Below are positions 13,349 to 26,916 of a stretch of DNA of 47,911 nt, in pieces. The stretch spans positions 142,688,206 through 142,736,116 of the forward strand of contig NC_068981.1 of the NCBI RefSeq assembly GCF_001194135.2. The letters are read 5' to 3'. The notes below the pieces were generated by a model that was not told the DNA's origin, made no database searches, and worked only from the letters and a program-made list of their open reading frames with translations. The stretch is from Octopus bimaculoides. Its lineage: Eukaryota. The position numbers and the translations under genes were made by a program. How positions within the stretch are numbered: position 1 is the first letter of the stretch; every line of letters begins with the position of its first letter.

Positions 13349-14244
13349 CATTTTTAAATACGTACATATATATCTATGTGGGTGTGTGTCTGAGAGAGAC
13401 AGAGAGAGAGATACAGAGTGCGTGTGTGTATAACTTTTTTTGTGTATGTATGTACTAGAGTTTTAACCTTTTTCTTTCACTATTCTCAGCAAGGAATACA
13501 TATTTTCTATTGCCTGATAGCGCGTTATTAGTCCAGATTTAGAAGTCTGTGACAAGCTAAACATAGAACTATTGATATGTTATCTGCTAAAAAAATGGTT
13601 GAATCGTCCTTCAGCTTAATGTCAAATAGTTTATCGCTTTAACTAACTTCATATAATAACAAGACAGTAACCTGTGCGTTTATATATATATTATATATGA
13701 TATCTACATACATACATTGAAATACATACAGATATGCATACATACATACATACATAGCTTTAATGTCATCAATGTATAGGATGTAAGAAAAAAATGGTAG
13801 GAAAAGAGTTTAAAGAGAAAAACAAACTCAGACACACAAACATATATAGTCGCACATAAATTGATGTTTCCTTCAGGGGGAAATATCATATTTTTGAACT
13901 AACTTATTTATATCATTTATGATTTTTAATTAAAATCCTCATTTTCAATGAAAGACATTGCAGCCAAGTATTTCGTTCACATCTGAAATATATTTGATGC
14001 TCATTTCTTTTAGTGCTGCAGCTACTACTTCTCTCAATTTGATCGTCACTTTTTCGTCTTCTACATTTGTTCCATCCTTTTTGTTCTTCATTATATCCTC
14101 TTTCTGATTTCGCAACTTTTTTTTTATATATCTATATACAATTATTGCGATTCTCCACCTCTCCTTCAGCCTTTTCGGTTGTTTATATTCTACACCTACA
14201 CTCCCTTCTTTTCTTCCTACTTGTAATCATATTACTGCCGTCGA

Positions 14245-14285
14245 TCATGCTACTGATCCTGCTGCTGTTGCTGTTATTACTGACG

Positions 14286-14335
<50 letters not shown>

Positions 14336-14396
14336 GATGCTGATGCTGCTGTTGCCGTTACGCCTACCACTGCTGTTGCTGTTGTTGTTGCTGCTG
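14245..14396. repeat. (CTA)n/(CTG)n tract
   Basis: Direct reading; source of poly-L and poly-S ORFs. Confidence 0.9.
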
Positions 14397-16927
14397 CGGT
14401 CTTTCCTGCACTGATCTTCAGTATGTGGCATTGCCTATTGCCATCTCAGATGTCATCGACATTATTCACATTGATACCATTAATATCTTCCTTAAACTAT
14501 TGCCATTCAGACCTGCAAGGCAGAATAATTCTTTCTACAGAGTTCAAATGAAAGGAATATTTGGAAAAGAAAACCCGGTTGATGTCATTACCAGCTGTCG
14601 TCGGTTAGATGTATGATTGAGTTTATGTGGACATCGCAGTCTGGCACTGTACTTCGCAGTATTCTTAGAAATTCATTGTAGAACAAGGGAGTAATCTATA
14701 ATCTGCAATAGTACATGGAGAATTTTATAGAAAGAATAAGTGATCAGAAAGCTTCAAGCACTGTCTCTAAATGAATCAATGATAGCAAACATATTTGGAA
14801 AATATTTAAAAACCAAAACAGTAAAGTCGAATAGATTCCAGGTTGATAATATATACACACGTATCATTTAGATCAACTATAAAAGAAGGCGTTTGTAAAG
14901 GCACTTTTAATGGTGGCTGTTGTCAACACTTTTCATGTATTAAGTTTTATTCTTCCATCATGCGGATAAATGCAGTCAGCCGAACATGATTATTTGCAAG
15001 AAACGTTTACATATGAGGTTATGATTTTTATATCTATACATAAGTACACTTACAATCGGCATGCACTCGCATACAAACAATCTCGCTTACTCGTACATAT
15101 GCACACTCACAGAGATAGATGCAATATTGCACATGAAATATTGTATCTGCGTGTAATATTAAATGAAAAGCTTCTGTCTAAATATGTGTTTAATTATATG
15201 CTTTCATTTACATGCACGCAAAACAGAGACAGGCCGCATTAGGTTCTTTCAATATTTCTTAATATTTCGTCCCATGTCCATTATTTATGTTCCTTCCTAC
15301 ACACTGGTTATATGTATTTGCAGTATGCAGGCACTCGCATAGAACTTAACTTCTGCATAATTTACATACAAGGGCATTGTTAATCTAATCTTATTAATTA
15401 TTAGGAGCCCCACAGTGTCAAGATGAACAAAGCAGGGCTAACTAGGCCAGTCGCTCAGCATGTATACTATAAATACTTCTAAATTACTGTTGTTTTTTAG
15501 TTTATGGAAGATTTATTTACTAATCTTTGATGAAGCAGTGAGAAAGGCTGAATCATGGCAGGTGGATTCCTTCTTCTACGGATGATACACTGAAAAACAT
15601 ATACGTGATGTACCACAATAAATACCTTCACATCGTTTGAAAAAGCATTTAACTCGTGAAATTACCACTCTCTAATCGGTATATAATACGGTATATATGA
15701 ATGGGTATCCCCTAGTGCTGGTGAACTTCAATTTGCCTATAGAATGCTATCAGTCCCCTTACATCGAAAGCAAAAAAACGTACAAATGATTCTTTTTTTT
15801 ATAAACAAGCGTTAATAAACACATTGTTAAACTCCTTTTAACACACCTTAATAAACGCCTTGTGACTAAGCATCAAATTGTAAATGGAACAGCTAATGTG
15901 CGTTTCCATGGAACCACGCTGGTGAAAAAGTACGTAGGGAAAATTAGTATAAATTTGTGTTCATCGTAAGTTCTTTACTCTCTCACACACATATATTCTC
16001 ACATAGATACACACACACACACGAACCTTCTTGAAACAAAGATCAAGGAATACAGAGATTCAAAGATGACTCTATGCAAGTTGAAAATAATAGTAGAGGA
16101 CACAAGCAAACGTATATTCACTGTCTTATATTAAGCCTATTATATAGCTGCCTTATAGAACGTGGGCGCGCCAGTGTAACGATGCGAAGCTTTGTTATTT
16201 GTGTAGGCAGAAAATGATATCGACAGTTTAATTTGAACATTTATTAGCATTTCACCGGAAATCACTTAATTAATTTCTCTCCCCAGAAATAATAATAGCT
16301 TATAGATATTTCTATAAAAGATAAATTGGTATAAAACTAAATTGACTTTCATAATTTGCATAACAGTGAAGGTATTGGCAATGTGAGTTAATTAATTAAC
16401 TGATGTAAGACATAGAAGTCAGATAAATATAGTTGTATGATGAATTTTGAATTTAAGAATGTTTCTTTTAGGGAAAACTAAGAATTTATGGAGACTAAGA
16501 ATTACTATAAGGCATCTAACAAGGAAGTTGATTATATTCTCATTGATGTCTTATAAAATAGATATGAATACCTTCACGTATCTAACCTATCTCCAACAGC
16601 ACGCTTGGAGACAGTAAATTCAGTCAGACCTGGAAAATTCTCAACAGCAGTGACGGACATATTAGTGAATGGTCTCAACTTTGTCTATTTTAAGAGATTA
16701 TTTGGGAGCAAATCGCAGTAATCATTGACATTCTGTACAATGTTCGAGACGGCTGGAAGGCGTGAAGGCCAAATGCATGCAGGAGAATGAACACTTTAAA
16801 TGGCCTAAAGATAGAATGATGATGTTAAATGTACTATCCAATAGAATAATACCGTACCCGAATGCGAACCACAAAGAAGCAGAAGCCGTAGCATAAGTCC
16901 GACGCAATTCTATCAGTCCACCACCGT

Positions 16928-17010
16928 GGTCAAGCACCTTTTTATCGAACTTGCTGGGAGTTGAACTTAGAGCGTGAAAAGAAAACCGAAAACCTAACAT
17001 ATAGCTTTCC
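16928..17010 (-). mobile_element. SINE fragment (second family)
   Basis: ttttatcgaacttgctgggagttgaacttagagcgtgaaaagaaaaccgaaaacc resembles an internally deleted version of the other copies. Confidence 0.5.
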
Positions 17011-17512
17011 ATCTAAATGTTCTGATATCAGTGTCTTTGTCCAATTCATACCGTGACTAAAATATGAAATTTTACTTAATACACATTCGCAATTATGCCG
17101 TTCAACTTCACTTACCTTCTGCTTATGTTCTTCACTTATCTTGTGTCTATAAAATAAATCATATTTCTAATAAATGGTTTCCAGCGAAAGTTCCGAGGAC
17201 CAATTTACTTCAGTCCGAAATGGTGCATTCTATAAATACCCATAAAATGCAATTCACTCTGTTGATAAAACTTGCTAACACAGCAATTACTGTTTAGAAG
17301 CTAATAATAAATAAGGATTTTAATTTGCATTCTTTGTTAAAACATTACTGCAATTCTCCAACATTTATCTATTGACTCTACACACACGCAAAGATATATA
17401 TATATATATANNNNNNNNNNNNNNNNNNNNNNNNNNNNNNNNNNNNNNNNNNNNNNNNNNNNNNNNNNNNNNNNNNNNNNNNNNNNNNNNNNNNNNNNNN
17501 NNNNNNNNNNNN

Positions 17513-17558
<46 letters not shown>

Positions 17559-17689
17559 GATAGATAGATATACGTATACATATATGTGTACATATGTATG
17601 TATGTGTATATATATATATACATACATATATACACGTATACATATATATATATATATTCAATATATGTATATGAATATATATATATATA

Positions 17690-19080
17690 TGTGCACTTCT
17701 ACACCTCATCTATTTAACTATTCCTACCTACCACAACCCAGACACCTAACTAGCATAGCCCGTACTCTACCCCTAACCTTACTATATACATCAGTATTTT
17801 GGTTTACCCTCGAATAACTAGGTTATGACCACTTAATTTAAACATATTTTTAATTTTTAGTTTACACGTATTTTTAATTTTTAGTTTACACAAATTTTTA
17901 ATAAACCGGATCCATAATCCCAAACCTATGGATATAGTTCTAGCTTCGGTCACTGACTCGAAACCATCCAAGGACACTGCAATACGTAGTTATAACACGA
18001 AATAACACTGTTTGTATGTGTATGTATGTGGGTATATATATGTGTGTATACTGTCTATACTGCTTATAAATTGTGGTTTTTTTTTTCATTTTTTTAAAAA
18101 TATTTTTTATATGTTTTTTTATATATATACTTCACTTTATACTTTTACATTTATTTTATACTCTTTTACTTCCGGTTTCGTTGTTTTAATTTTTAAATTT
18201 TTTAATTGTTAATTTCTTTGTATTTCTTATTTTTTATCACCCTTCTTCATCTAGATAAGTATATGTAGATAGGTTAGTACACTTAAGTTATAATTCGCTT
18301 AGGTTGACCACTGACCACTCACCACAAGAATATCATGTTTCATGTTTCATGTTCCAAGTCTATTCTGGCATGACACTTATTTACGACCCACCACTGATAT
18401 AGACAGACACAGCCCATATATATCTATCCCTTACGACCTTTAAGATCTCTGTATCTATATCTATTTATCGCTTTATCTTCTTCTTCTACATTTAGATTTT
18501 TCCTCACCACCCTTCACCAACCAATCTAAATAGCTTAGATGTAGCATACTTGACTATCCAGACTTTCTCTTATTACTTCTTAGATTACCCGCCCCACCGA
18601 TTTGACTCCCTTTATTTTTTATTTTATTTAAATTTTATTTTTATTTTAAGTTTATTCTTATTTTTTTACATGAATATCTGTGTATTTCTTTTTCTTTTTC
18701 TTTTCTTTTCTGCTCAGGATTTTATATTCCAATTTTATGTTATATTGTTTCGTTTTTTCATTGTATTGTATTGTTCTTAACCACCAACTTAACACTACAC
18801 ATTGAATCGTGGCAAGGTCTGGACGGTATTCGGAGGACCGCAGAAATTATGTGTAAATGGAGAGTTATACGAGATATAGTACTATACAAAATACCGAAAG
18901 GATCTTCACCTCTTATATCACACCTTTCTTCCTCCTTGAACGCCGATGTGATGTAATTTCCTGGGAGAGAAATACTTTTGCGGCTGAAGATAGCTTTGTA
19001 TTGTAAATTATACACTGATATAAAGCTTGAAACAGGTGTACCGCAGATCCCTTTGTATTTTTGCTGTTATTTTTTGGGAT
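17690..19080 (+). mobile_element. Putative Penelope-like or retrozyme-type terminal region (T-rich, strand-asymmetric, ends in a hammerhead)
   Basis: Long T/C-skewed non-coding stretch ending in the 18977-19047 hammerhead motif; similar in character to 41790-42190 after the PLE RT. No coding homology seen, so assignment is inference. Confidence 0.3.
18977..19047 (+). ncRNA. Type I hammerhead ribozyme motif, near intact
   Basis: Stem I tttgcgg(18977-83)/ccgcaga(19041-47); core ctgaaga(18984-90); stem II agctttgta/tataaagct, 9 bp; gaaa(19029-32); minimal stem III c-aggt-gt; GUA cleavage triplet 19038-40. Only defect is a U.U pair closing stem II. Confidence 0.8.
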
Positions 19081-20164
19081 TTACAATTTATATANNNNNN
19101 NNNNNNNNNNNNNNNNNNNNNNNNNNNNNNNNNNNNNNNNNNNNNNNNNNNNNNNNNNNNNNNNNNNNNNNNNNNNNNNNNNNNNNNNNNNNNNNNNNNN
19201 NNNNNNNNNNNNNNNNNNNNNNNNNNNNNNNNNNNNNNNNNNNNNNNNNNNNNNATATATATATATATATATGTATATATATATGTATATGTATATTATA
19301 TGAATGTATGTGTATTTTTAAATGTGTACAAATAACATGGAAAAATATATAAAAAGTTCACATAGGTGCCAAGGATGTTACAGCCTACTTATAGAGATAG
19401 AAATTCCAGAGTTTAGTGAAATGTTTTCAATGACAGGTAAATTAAGAAATGGAGTTACACGTAGGTGTTATTCAAATCTTTATACTTTCAACATATGCTT
19501 CGACCTAAACATTGGCATTATTCTTGTGGAAATAAAATGATATAAAACAATGTAATCCTCGAATCAAGTAAAACAAAGAAAAACAGAAAAAAAAACACAT
19601 CAATACGGCATTTTAACCGAATGTGATTACCGTGTATATGATGAAGGGAACTATGGCAAGTTTTTTTTTAACCGTTAATAGATTTAACGTCAAAAGCAAG
19701 AGGAGGAGGAGAAAGAAAGAAATTAATAGAAAATTAAGATTGGAGAAATATAGTGCAATAGATGAGTGGAAATAAAGCTTAATGGCGTGTAATTACACAT
19801 ATGTAGTGGAAATGAAATGCAGAAAGACAGATAAAAGTCGAATTTTATAGATTGGTAGAAATTACTTACAGAAACTAAAGGTATGTTTTTCCCAGTATAT
19901 GCAACGATAAATGCGTTCTTTAAACGTGTTTACAAGAGAACTCTCCGAGAACAGAATGAGATACTGTTCTTCGTTACATAGCGGACAAAAGGATTTACAT
20001 TTATCATATGGAAAGTATCTAGATAGAATATTTCATACCAAATCAAACTGTTTATTATGAGCACACCTAGGTATACAAGTTTATGCATGAGAATACATAC
20101 ATTAAGCAAAACATACAAATCTGCACATATGCATACATACATGCATACATACATACATACATAA

Positions 20165-20587
20165 TACAAAAATACTATGTCTGATGTTGAAATTCCCATG
20201 GAGGAGCCTTGGATCTAGATTAGAAACCGGCTCTTTCTATATTGGCAAGAAGTCTTAAAATGAGTCTGAATGATGACATACGTATCTATAATGGACACTC
20301 CCGTCGGAGATGACGTATGAGCGTTCAGTGTTTGCCGAACGACCTGCACAGACGTTTTGTTTATATTGATGAAATGTTCATGTCACGCGTTAGCTTACTC
20401 TCTCCATAAAATCGTTGTCGTCTGACCGGGTGCACGGAGTTCCACACATCAGGTGTCGAAGTTATGGCAGAGCAACGGGAAGGGGGTGTTTTGTTGAATA
20501 ACACAAGGCACCACCCGATGTAGTACCTGAAACCCCGATCTCGAGATCGCGAGTAAATTAACGTAACCACCACGCTATGCGCTCATA
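20165..20587 (-). mobile_element. tRNA-derived SINE, third family
   Basis: Minus-strand head gcatagcgtggtggttacg (A-box-like), gatcggggtttcaggt (B-box-like), ~420 bp unique body, flanked by microsatellites. Confidence 0.65.
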
Positions 20588-20677
20588 CACATACATACAC
20601 ATACACACGTACACACACACATATAATTATGGAACATACAGAGACAAATAGATAGAGAGAGAAAGCGTGAGAGGGAA

Positions 20678-20739
<62 letters not shown>

Positions 20740-21388
20740 GTGTACATATTTATATATGCTTGCGAAGACATAATTGTTTAAAAGCTATATTGATGTAGAA
20801 ATCCTTATAGATATGAAAACAAATACAGCTCATTTGATTAGAGAATGATGTGATGAAAACTGTAACATTTGTATCTTCGTATGAAATCATTTGTTCCGAA
20901 TTTATATGAATAAAAATATATTATTGTGAAAACTATCTCCTTAATAATTCTATGGATCACCCACCTCCGAAAAAACTGAACGTTAAAACATTTTTATAAA
21001 TCAACGCAATGCACAGATCTTATGATCGCTTTTTAAGAAATCCTTAATAAAACAAGAGATATAATATCTGCTATTCATGTTTCTTCTAACGCAAATACTC
21101 GAAAGAAAAGAGCACTTTCTTTGGCAATATTCCGAACTGTTTGAGAAGAAAGCCGTTATTAATAACTTTCCAACTCCAAATATTTATGTGGTAGCAATTA
21201 TTGCAATATAATTGCCAATATAAAAATAACACAGTGTATATTAATTCCATTTAACGTCAAAAAGTTATTTTTCTAACATGACAATAAAATACCCTTCTGT
21301 CATTTAAATGAGGTAATATACGATTGAACAAATTACATCTATTTCGTGGGTATACAAAGCGGCATAAACACACACGCACAAACACACA

Positions 21389-21443
<55 letters not shown>

Positions 21444-22086
21444 TACATACACACACACGCACATAGAGATGGAAAGACAGAGGGAATTAAATGGGTAAGT
21501 AGATACGCGTCTATGTTTTCCTTAGCGTGGATATATCATGTACATATGCCTGTGTATGTATGTATTTATGTATTATTTCATTCTTTTGCAGATATTGTGC
21601 TGTCGGCATTCTCATTCAGTAAATCAAATCAAAAGTAGCACCTACTACTGTTTGCGACCTATTTTATTTTAGACATTCGAATCCTATACGTTAAGTACAT
21701 TTGGCAAAACACAAACTATGCAGCTGAACAGATAATCTTTTATAGAATGACCGAAGCGTACGTTTAAACAAACTCACATGTAGAACAAAAAAATAAAGAA
21801 AAGAACGCACGGACACACGCATACACACACGTGCGCACACACACACGTGCGCACACGCACACACATACGTGAACGCACCCAAACATATGCATCTGTATAT
21901 AACAAAAAGAGACTAATACATGGCATAAGTATTATTGAAGAAATAAAGTTAACAAGGCGCAGACTGTACGGCACAATAAATATATTTCTACGGTTTTCCA
22001 AAAGTGTAAGTATTGAAGGTAGTGAAACTTTACCGCGAAATATAGCATTTCTCTCTCTCTCTCACACACACTCTGTACAAACATAC

Positions 22087-22132
<46 letters not shown>

Positions 22133-22895
22133 NNNNNNNNNNNNNNNNNNNNNNNNNNNNNNNNNNNNNNNNNNNNNNNNNNNNNNNNNNNNNNNNNNNN
22201 NNNNNNNNNNNNNNNNNNNNNNNNNNNNNNNNNNNNNNNNNNNNNNNNNNNNNNNNNNNNNNNNNNNNNNNNNNNNNNNNNNNNNNNNNNNNNNNNNNNN
22301 NNNNNNNNNNNNNNNNNNNNNNNNNNNNNNNNNNNNNNNNNNNNNNNNNNNNNNNNNNNNNNNNNNNNNNNNNNNNNNNNNNNNNNNNNNNNNNNNNNNN
22401 NNNNNNNNNNNNNNNNNNNNNNNNNNNNNNNNNNNNNNNNNNNNNNNNNNNNNNNNNNNNNNNNNNNNNNNNNNNNNNNNNNNNNNNNNNNNNNNNNNNN
22501 NNNNNNNNNNNNNNNNNNNNNNNNNNNNNNNNNNNNNNNNNNNNNNNNNNNNNNNNNNNNNNNNNNNNNNNNNNNNNNNNNNNNNNNNNNNNNNNNNNNN
22601 NNNNNNNNNNNNNNNNNNNNNNNNNNNNNNNNNNNNNNNNNNNNNNNNNNNNNNNNNNNNNNNNNNNNNNNNNNNNNNNNNNNNNNNNNNNNNNNNNNNN
22701 NNNNNNNNNNNNNNNNNNNNNNNNNNNNNNNNNNNNNNNNNNNNNNNNNNNNNNNNNNNNNNNNNNNNNNNNNNNNNNNNNNNNNNNNNNNNNNNNNNNN
22801 NNNNNNNNNNNNNNNNNNNNNNNNNNNNNNNNNNNNNNNNNNNNNNNNNNNNNNNNNNNNNNNNNNNNNNNNNNNNNNNNNNNNNNNTATATATA

Positions 22896-23759
22896 CAAGG
22901 TCTGATCAGTTATAGTAATAATACTAAAGAACGCAGAGCGTAGCCCCTCGGCAATGATTAACTGTGAAGTCAGTTGTTCTTGCGCACTAAGTTTTAACGT
23001 TCCAGCTCAATGCCGCCGCTTACAGCTGTGCTTGCAAGGATGGTGTGTAGCGTGTGATCGTCGCACTGACCATGACAGAGATAGTCGTTATGGCAGTACC
23101 AGCTAAGAAGCCTGCGAAATGTTGCAGAAAGTGTATGCAGAGGAGTGTATGAGCTGCACACAAATGTGTGAGCGGTTCATACGTGTCCAAGATGGCCGAA
23201 ACATGTTGCTATTGATGAACGTTCTGGGCGCATAACTGAGAAAATCATCGCAGGTGTGCGTACAGCTGCGAAGGGAAATCGTCGAATCACCATTCATGAG
23301 TTATCAGAAGATGTGCAAATTAGTTACGGTTCAGTTCAGTCAATTATCACTGAATATATGGGTATGAAACAGGTGTCTGCCAAGTTTGTGCCAAAACTGC
23401 TTTCAACTGATCGAAGAGACACTCGAGTTTTAGTTGCACAAGATTTCCTTTATTGTGCCGAGAACGATGAAAATTTGTTGAAAACTTTGCGTAGACCTCT
23501 GAGCAGGTTTCACCATGCTTTTGGCAATATTTAATGCACATTCTCTGCTCAAATTTCTCTGTCATGGTCAATGCGACTGTCACACACCACAGACCCTCAT
23601 TCCAAGCACTTCTTTAAACAGTGAAAGTGAGTTCGAACGTTAAAACTTAGTGCACATGCAGAGCGGAGTTCAAGGTTAATCTTTGCTAAGCGGCTTCACT
23701 TCGCTTGCTTTAGCTTCGTTTCTATGGAAACAGTCCGGATACTTACTGATGAGACCACG
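22896..23759. mobile_element. Non-autonomous mariner derivative made of two inverted 5' ends
   Basis: TIR ends tacaaggtctgatcagt / reverse complement tacgtggtctcatcagt with TA flanks; plus strand KEACEMLQKVYAEECMS...DERSGR...RRITIHELSEDVQISYGSVQSI...MKQVSAKFVPKLL; minus strand MTEKFEQRMCIKYCQKHGETCSEVYAK; no DDD catalytic region. Confidence 0.9.
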
Positions 23760-23826
<67 letters not shown>

Positions 23827-25258
23827 TCAAATGTTACAGATTTTAATCGAAAATACAAGTTTGATATGGTTTCTCGTTTAGAATACATTTATTTAGTGAA
23901 TGTTTTCTAATCACAAATTTTGCTGCATACAACCTCGATTTTCAGAGAACTGTTTATTTCAGTTAATGAGTTTCTTTTATCTACATAGGATAGTTTTTGA
24001 CTATCGTTTCTATTCCGTAGTTGCAAATATCTTTTTTTATTTAGGAGTTGATTATGCTTTAAGTCATTGTATTCCTGTTAGTCAACAATTTTTTCAATGA
24101 ACCACTGTACAGTTGTACATCTAATAATTGCACCCAAATAGTCAAATCATTTGCAGTCTGTCTCTGCTTGCCGTTTGCTTAAGCAGTCTCCAAGTTCGTG
24201 AAAGATAGGTAATAGAATTATTTATTTATTTATTTATTCATTTATTTATTTATCCGGTTTTGTTATTTGTCTTTCTATCTCACTGTTGATTACAGGCAAC
24301 ATTTTTTATGCTACTTTACGGAAGTAGTCGCTCTGCTATATAATTTATGTATTGCTATTTCATTTTTAAAATCCCTAATGTTATTTTCAATATTTCTGAA
24401 CACAATTTGCATCTTTCTTATCTGATAATTTAAATTGGTGTTTCATTTCGCTGGAATATTTTCTTTATTATGTTGATTACTATTCCTCTGACGCTAAAGT
24501 CTAATATTTTCAGTATAGGCGAATCGTCAGATAAGATTTTTGCCCTGTGTGCTGAACAGACTTGTTTCTAAAATTTAATTTATTTTGTGTTAATATTTGC
24601 AACGCAATATTACTTCATTTTCTCTTTGCTTTCGAGAGCATTATTTTACTATTTTGTTATATTTTTTTTCAAGTTTTGTAAATCTATCTTTTAGTGTAAC
24701 AAAAAAATTATGTCTGCTATTGTGCACTGTATGTTTATAGACATAATATTTCCAATTAAGCTGACATCATACTATTACAAGACAAGCACATTATGTAATT
24801 TTTGCCTGGTTATTTGCCCCTTCCTTTCAATATTGTTACATTTTAGATGACATTTTTTTTCAAACAGCTACCTGAACAGAATGTGCACGCAAAAGGAAGA
24901 TTTCACCTTCTTAAACACTGGCAAAATGTTAAGGCAACGTAAAGCTGTTCCACAATTCGTTTTATGAGATAAAAAAAAAGAAAGAAAAGAAAGAAAGATA
25001 GAAGGGAACAAAAGCAAGTCAACACCGAAGGACAAAGAACACTTTGAAATTCACCCAACCAATTAAACATATTCTTTGATTGCATTTCAACAAAGTAAAT
25101 ATATTTCTCAAATACCATAACTAAATTACGTATATTACCATCTACGAATTTGTTGTGCTTCAGTATAATTAACCTAATTATAAAATATAAACCAATCTAC
25201 CAATCTAATTCTTACATACACACACAAACATACTCGTACTCACACGCACGGACACATG

Positions 25259-25290
<32 letters not shown>

Positions 25291-26264
25291 NNNNNNNNNN
25301 NNNNNNNNNNNNNNNNNNNNNNNNNNNNNNNNNNNNNNNNNNNNNNNNNNNNNNNNNNNNNNNNNNNNNNNNNNNNNNNNNNNNNNNNNNNNNNNNNNNN
25401 NNNNNNNNNNNNNNNNNNNNNNNNNNNNNNNNNNNNNNNNNNNNNNNNNNNNNNNNNNNNNNNNNNNNNNNNNNNNNNNNNNNNNNNNNNNNNNNNNNNN
25501 NNNNNNNNNNNNNNNNNNNNNNNNNNNNNNNNNNNNNNNNNNNNNNNNNNNNNNNNNNNNNNNNNNNNNNNNNNNNNNNNNNNNNNNNNNNNNNNNNNNN
25601 NNNNNNNNNNNNNNNNNNNNNNNNNNNNNNNNNNNNNNNNNNNNNNNNNNNNNNNNNNNNNNNNNNNNNNNNNNNNNNNNNNNNNNNNNNNNNNNNNNNN
25701 NNNNNNNNNNNNNNNNNNNNNNNNNNNNNNNNNNNNNNNNNNNNNNNNNNNNNNNNNNNNNNNNNNNNNNNNNNNNNNNNNNNNNNNNNNNNNNNNNNNN
25801 NNNNNNNNNNNNNNNNNNNNNNNNNNNNNNNNNNNNNNNNNNNNNNNNNNNNNNNNNNNNNNNNNNNNNNNNNNNNNNNNNNNNNNNNNNNNNNNNNNNN
25901 NNNNNNNNNNNNNNNNNNNNNNNNNNNNNNNNNNNNNNNNNNNNNNNNNNNNNNNNNNNNNNNNNNNNNNNNNNNNNNNNNNNNNNNNNNNNNNNNNNNN
26001 NNNNNNNNNNNNNNNNNNNNNNNNNNNNNNNNNNNNNNNNNNNNNNNNNNNNNNNNNNNNNNNNNNNNNNNNNNNNNNNNNNNNNNNNNNNNNNNNNNNN
26101 NNNNNNNNNNNNNNNNNNNNNNNNNNNNNNNNNNNNNNNNNNNNNNNNNNNNNNNNNNNNNNNNNNNNNNNNNNNNNNNNNNNNNNNNNNNNNNNNNNNT
26201 ATATATATATATATACATATAGATGTCTGTGTATATGTGAGTGTGCATGTATCTATTCAATGTC

Positions 26265-26306
<42 letters not shown>

Positions 26307-26549
26307 GAGAGGAGAGCGAATGTCATATATATAGACAGGCACACAGACAGGGTATCTAAACGTAATGTAGCGATCAAGAAAATGATAATGTCACAAGTTT
26401 CTTATTTTTCATTTTAGTTTTTTACTATTTACACTTAATCACTAAACGATTAATTAAAAGATATCACAGAACAATAGCTGATTTTCCAATTTCTTGATAT
26501 ATTATATAGTATACCAACACAGACAAATGTTTCAACACTAATTTCTAGA

Positions 26550-26916
26550 GTGGCAATAATCCGCTATAGAACAGTAAGAGTTCAGGAAAAAACTAGCCTT
26601 ATTCTATAACTCAAATACCTCAGTCTCAATGAGCACTCTACAGGCACGTGTTTCCTTAACGTAGTTCTCGTTTATATTCAGCGTGACACAGTGTGACAAG
26701 GCTGACCCTTTGAATTACAGGCACAACACAAACAGGAAATAAGAGTAAGATGTGGTGAAAGAGTACAACAGGGTTTGCCACCACCCCTGCCGAAGCCTCG
26801 TGGAGATTTAGGCGTTTTCGCTCAATAAACACTCACAACGCCCGGTCTGGGAAACGAAACCGCGATCCTATCACCACGAGTCCGCTGCCCTAACCACTGG
26901 ACTATTGCGCCTCCAC
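26550..26916 (-). mobile_element. tRNA-derived SINE, fourth family
   Basis: Minus-strand head gtggaggcgcaatagtccagtggttagggcagcggactcgtggtgataggatcgcggtttcgtttcccagaccgggc is tRNA-like with A/B-box-like motifs. Confidence 0.85.

Noticed and set aside
14067-14431. Poly-L, poly-S, poly-I, poly-D and HT/YI ORFs here and throughout the ORF track
   Set aside because: Translations of microsatellites or read-through of N gaps, not genes.
18795-18856. Second hammerhead candidate (ggtc...gacc stem, tacacat/atgtgta pairing)
   Set aside because: No recognisable CUGANGA, GAAA not adjacent to the stem, and stem I out of register; cannot be supported without homologues.
26840-26916. tRNA-like sequence as a possible tRNA gene
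   Set aside because: It continues into a SINE body and lacks a proper acceptor stem and terminator; it is a SINE head.
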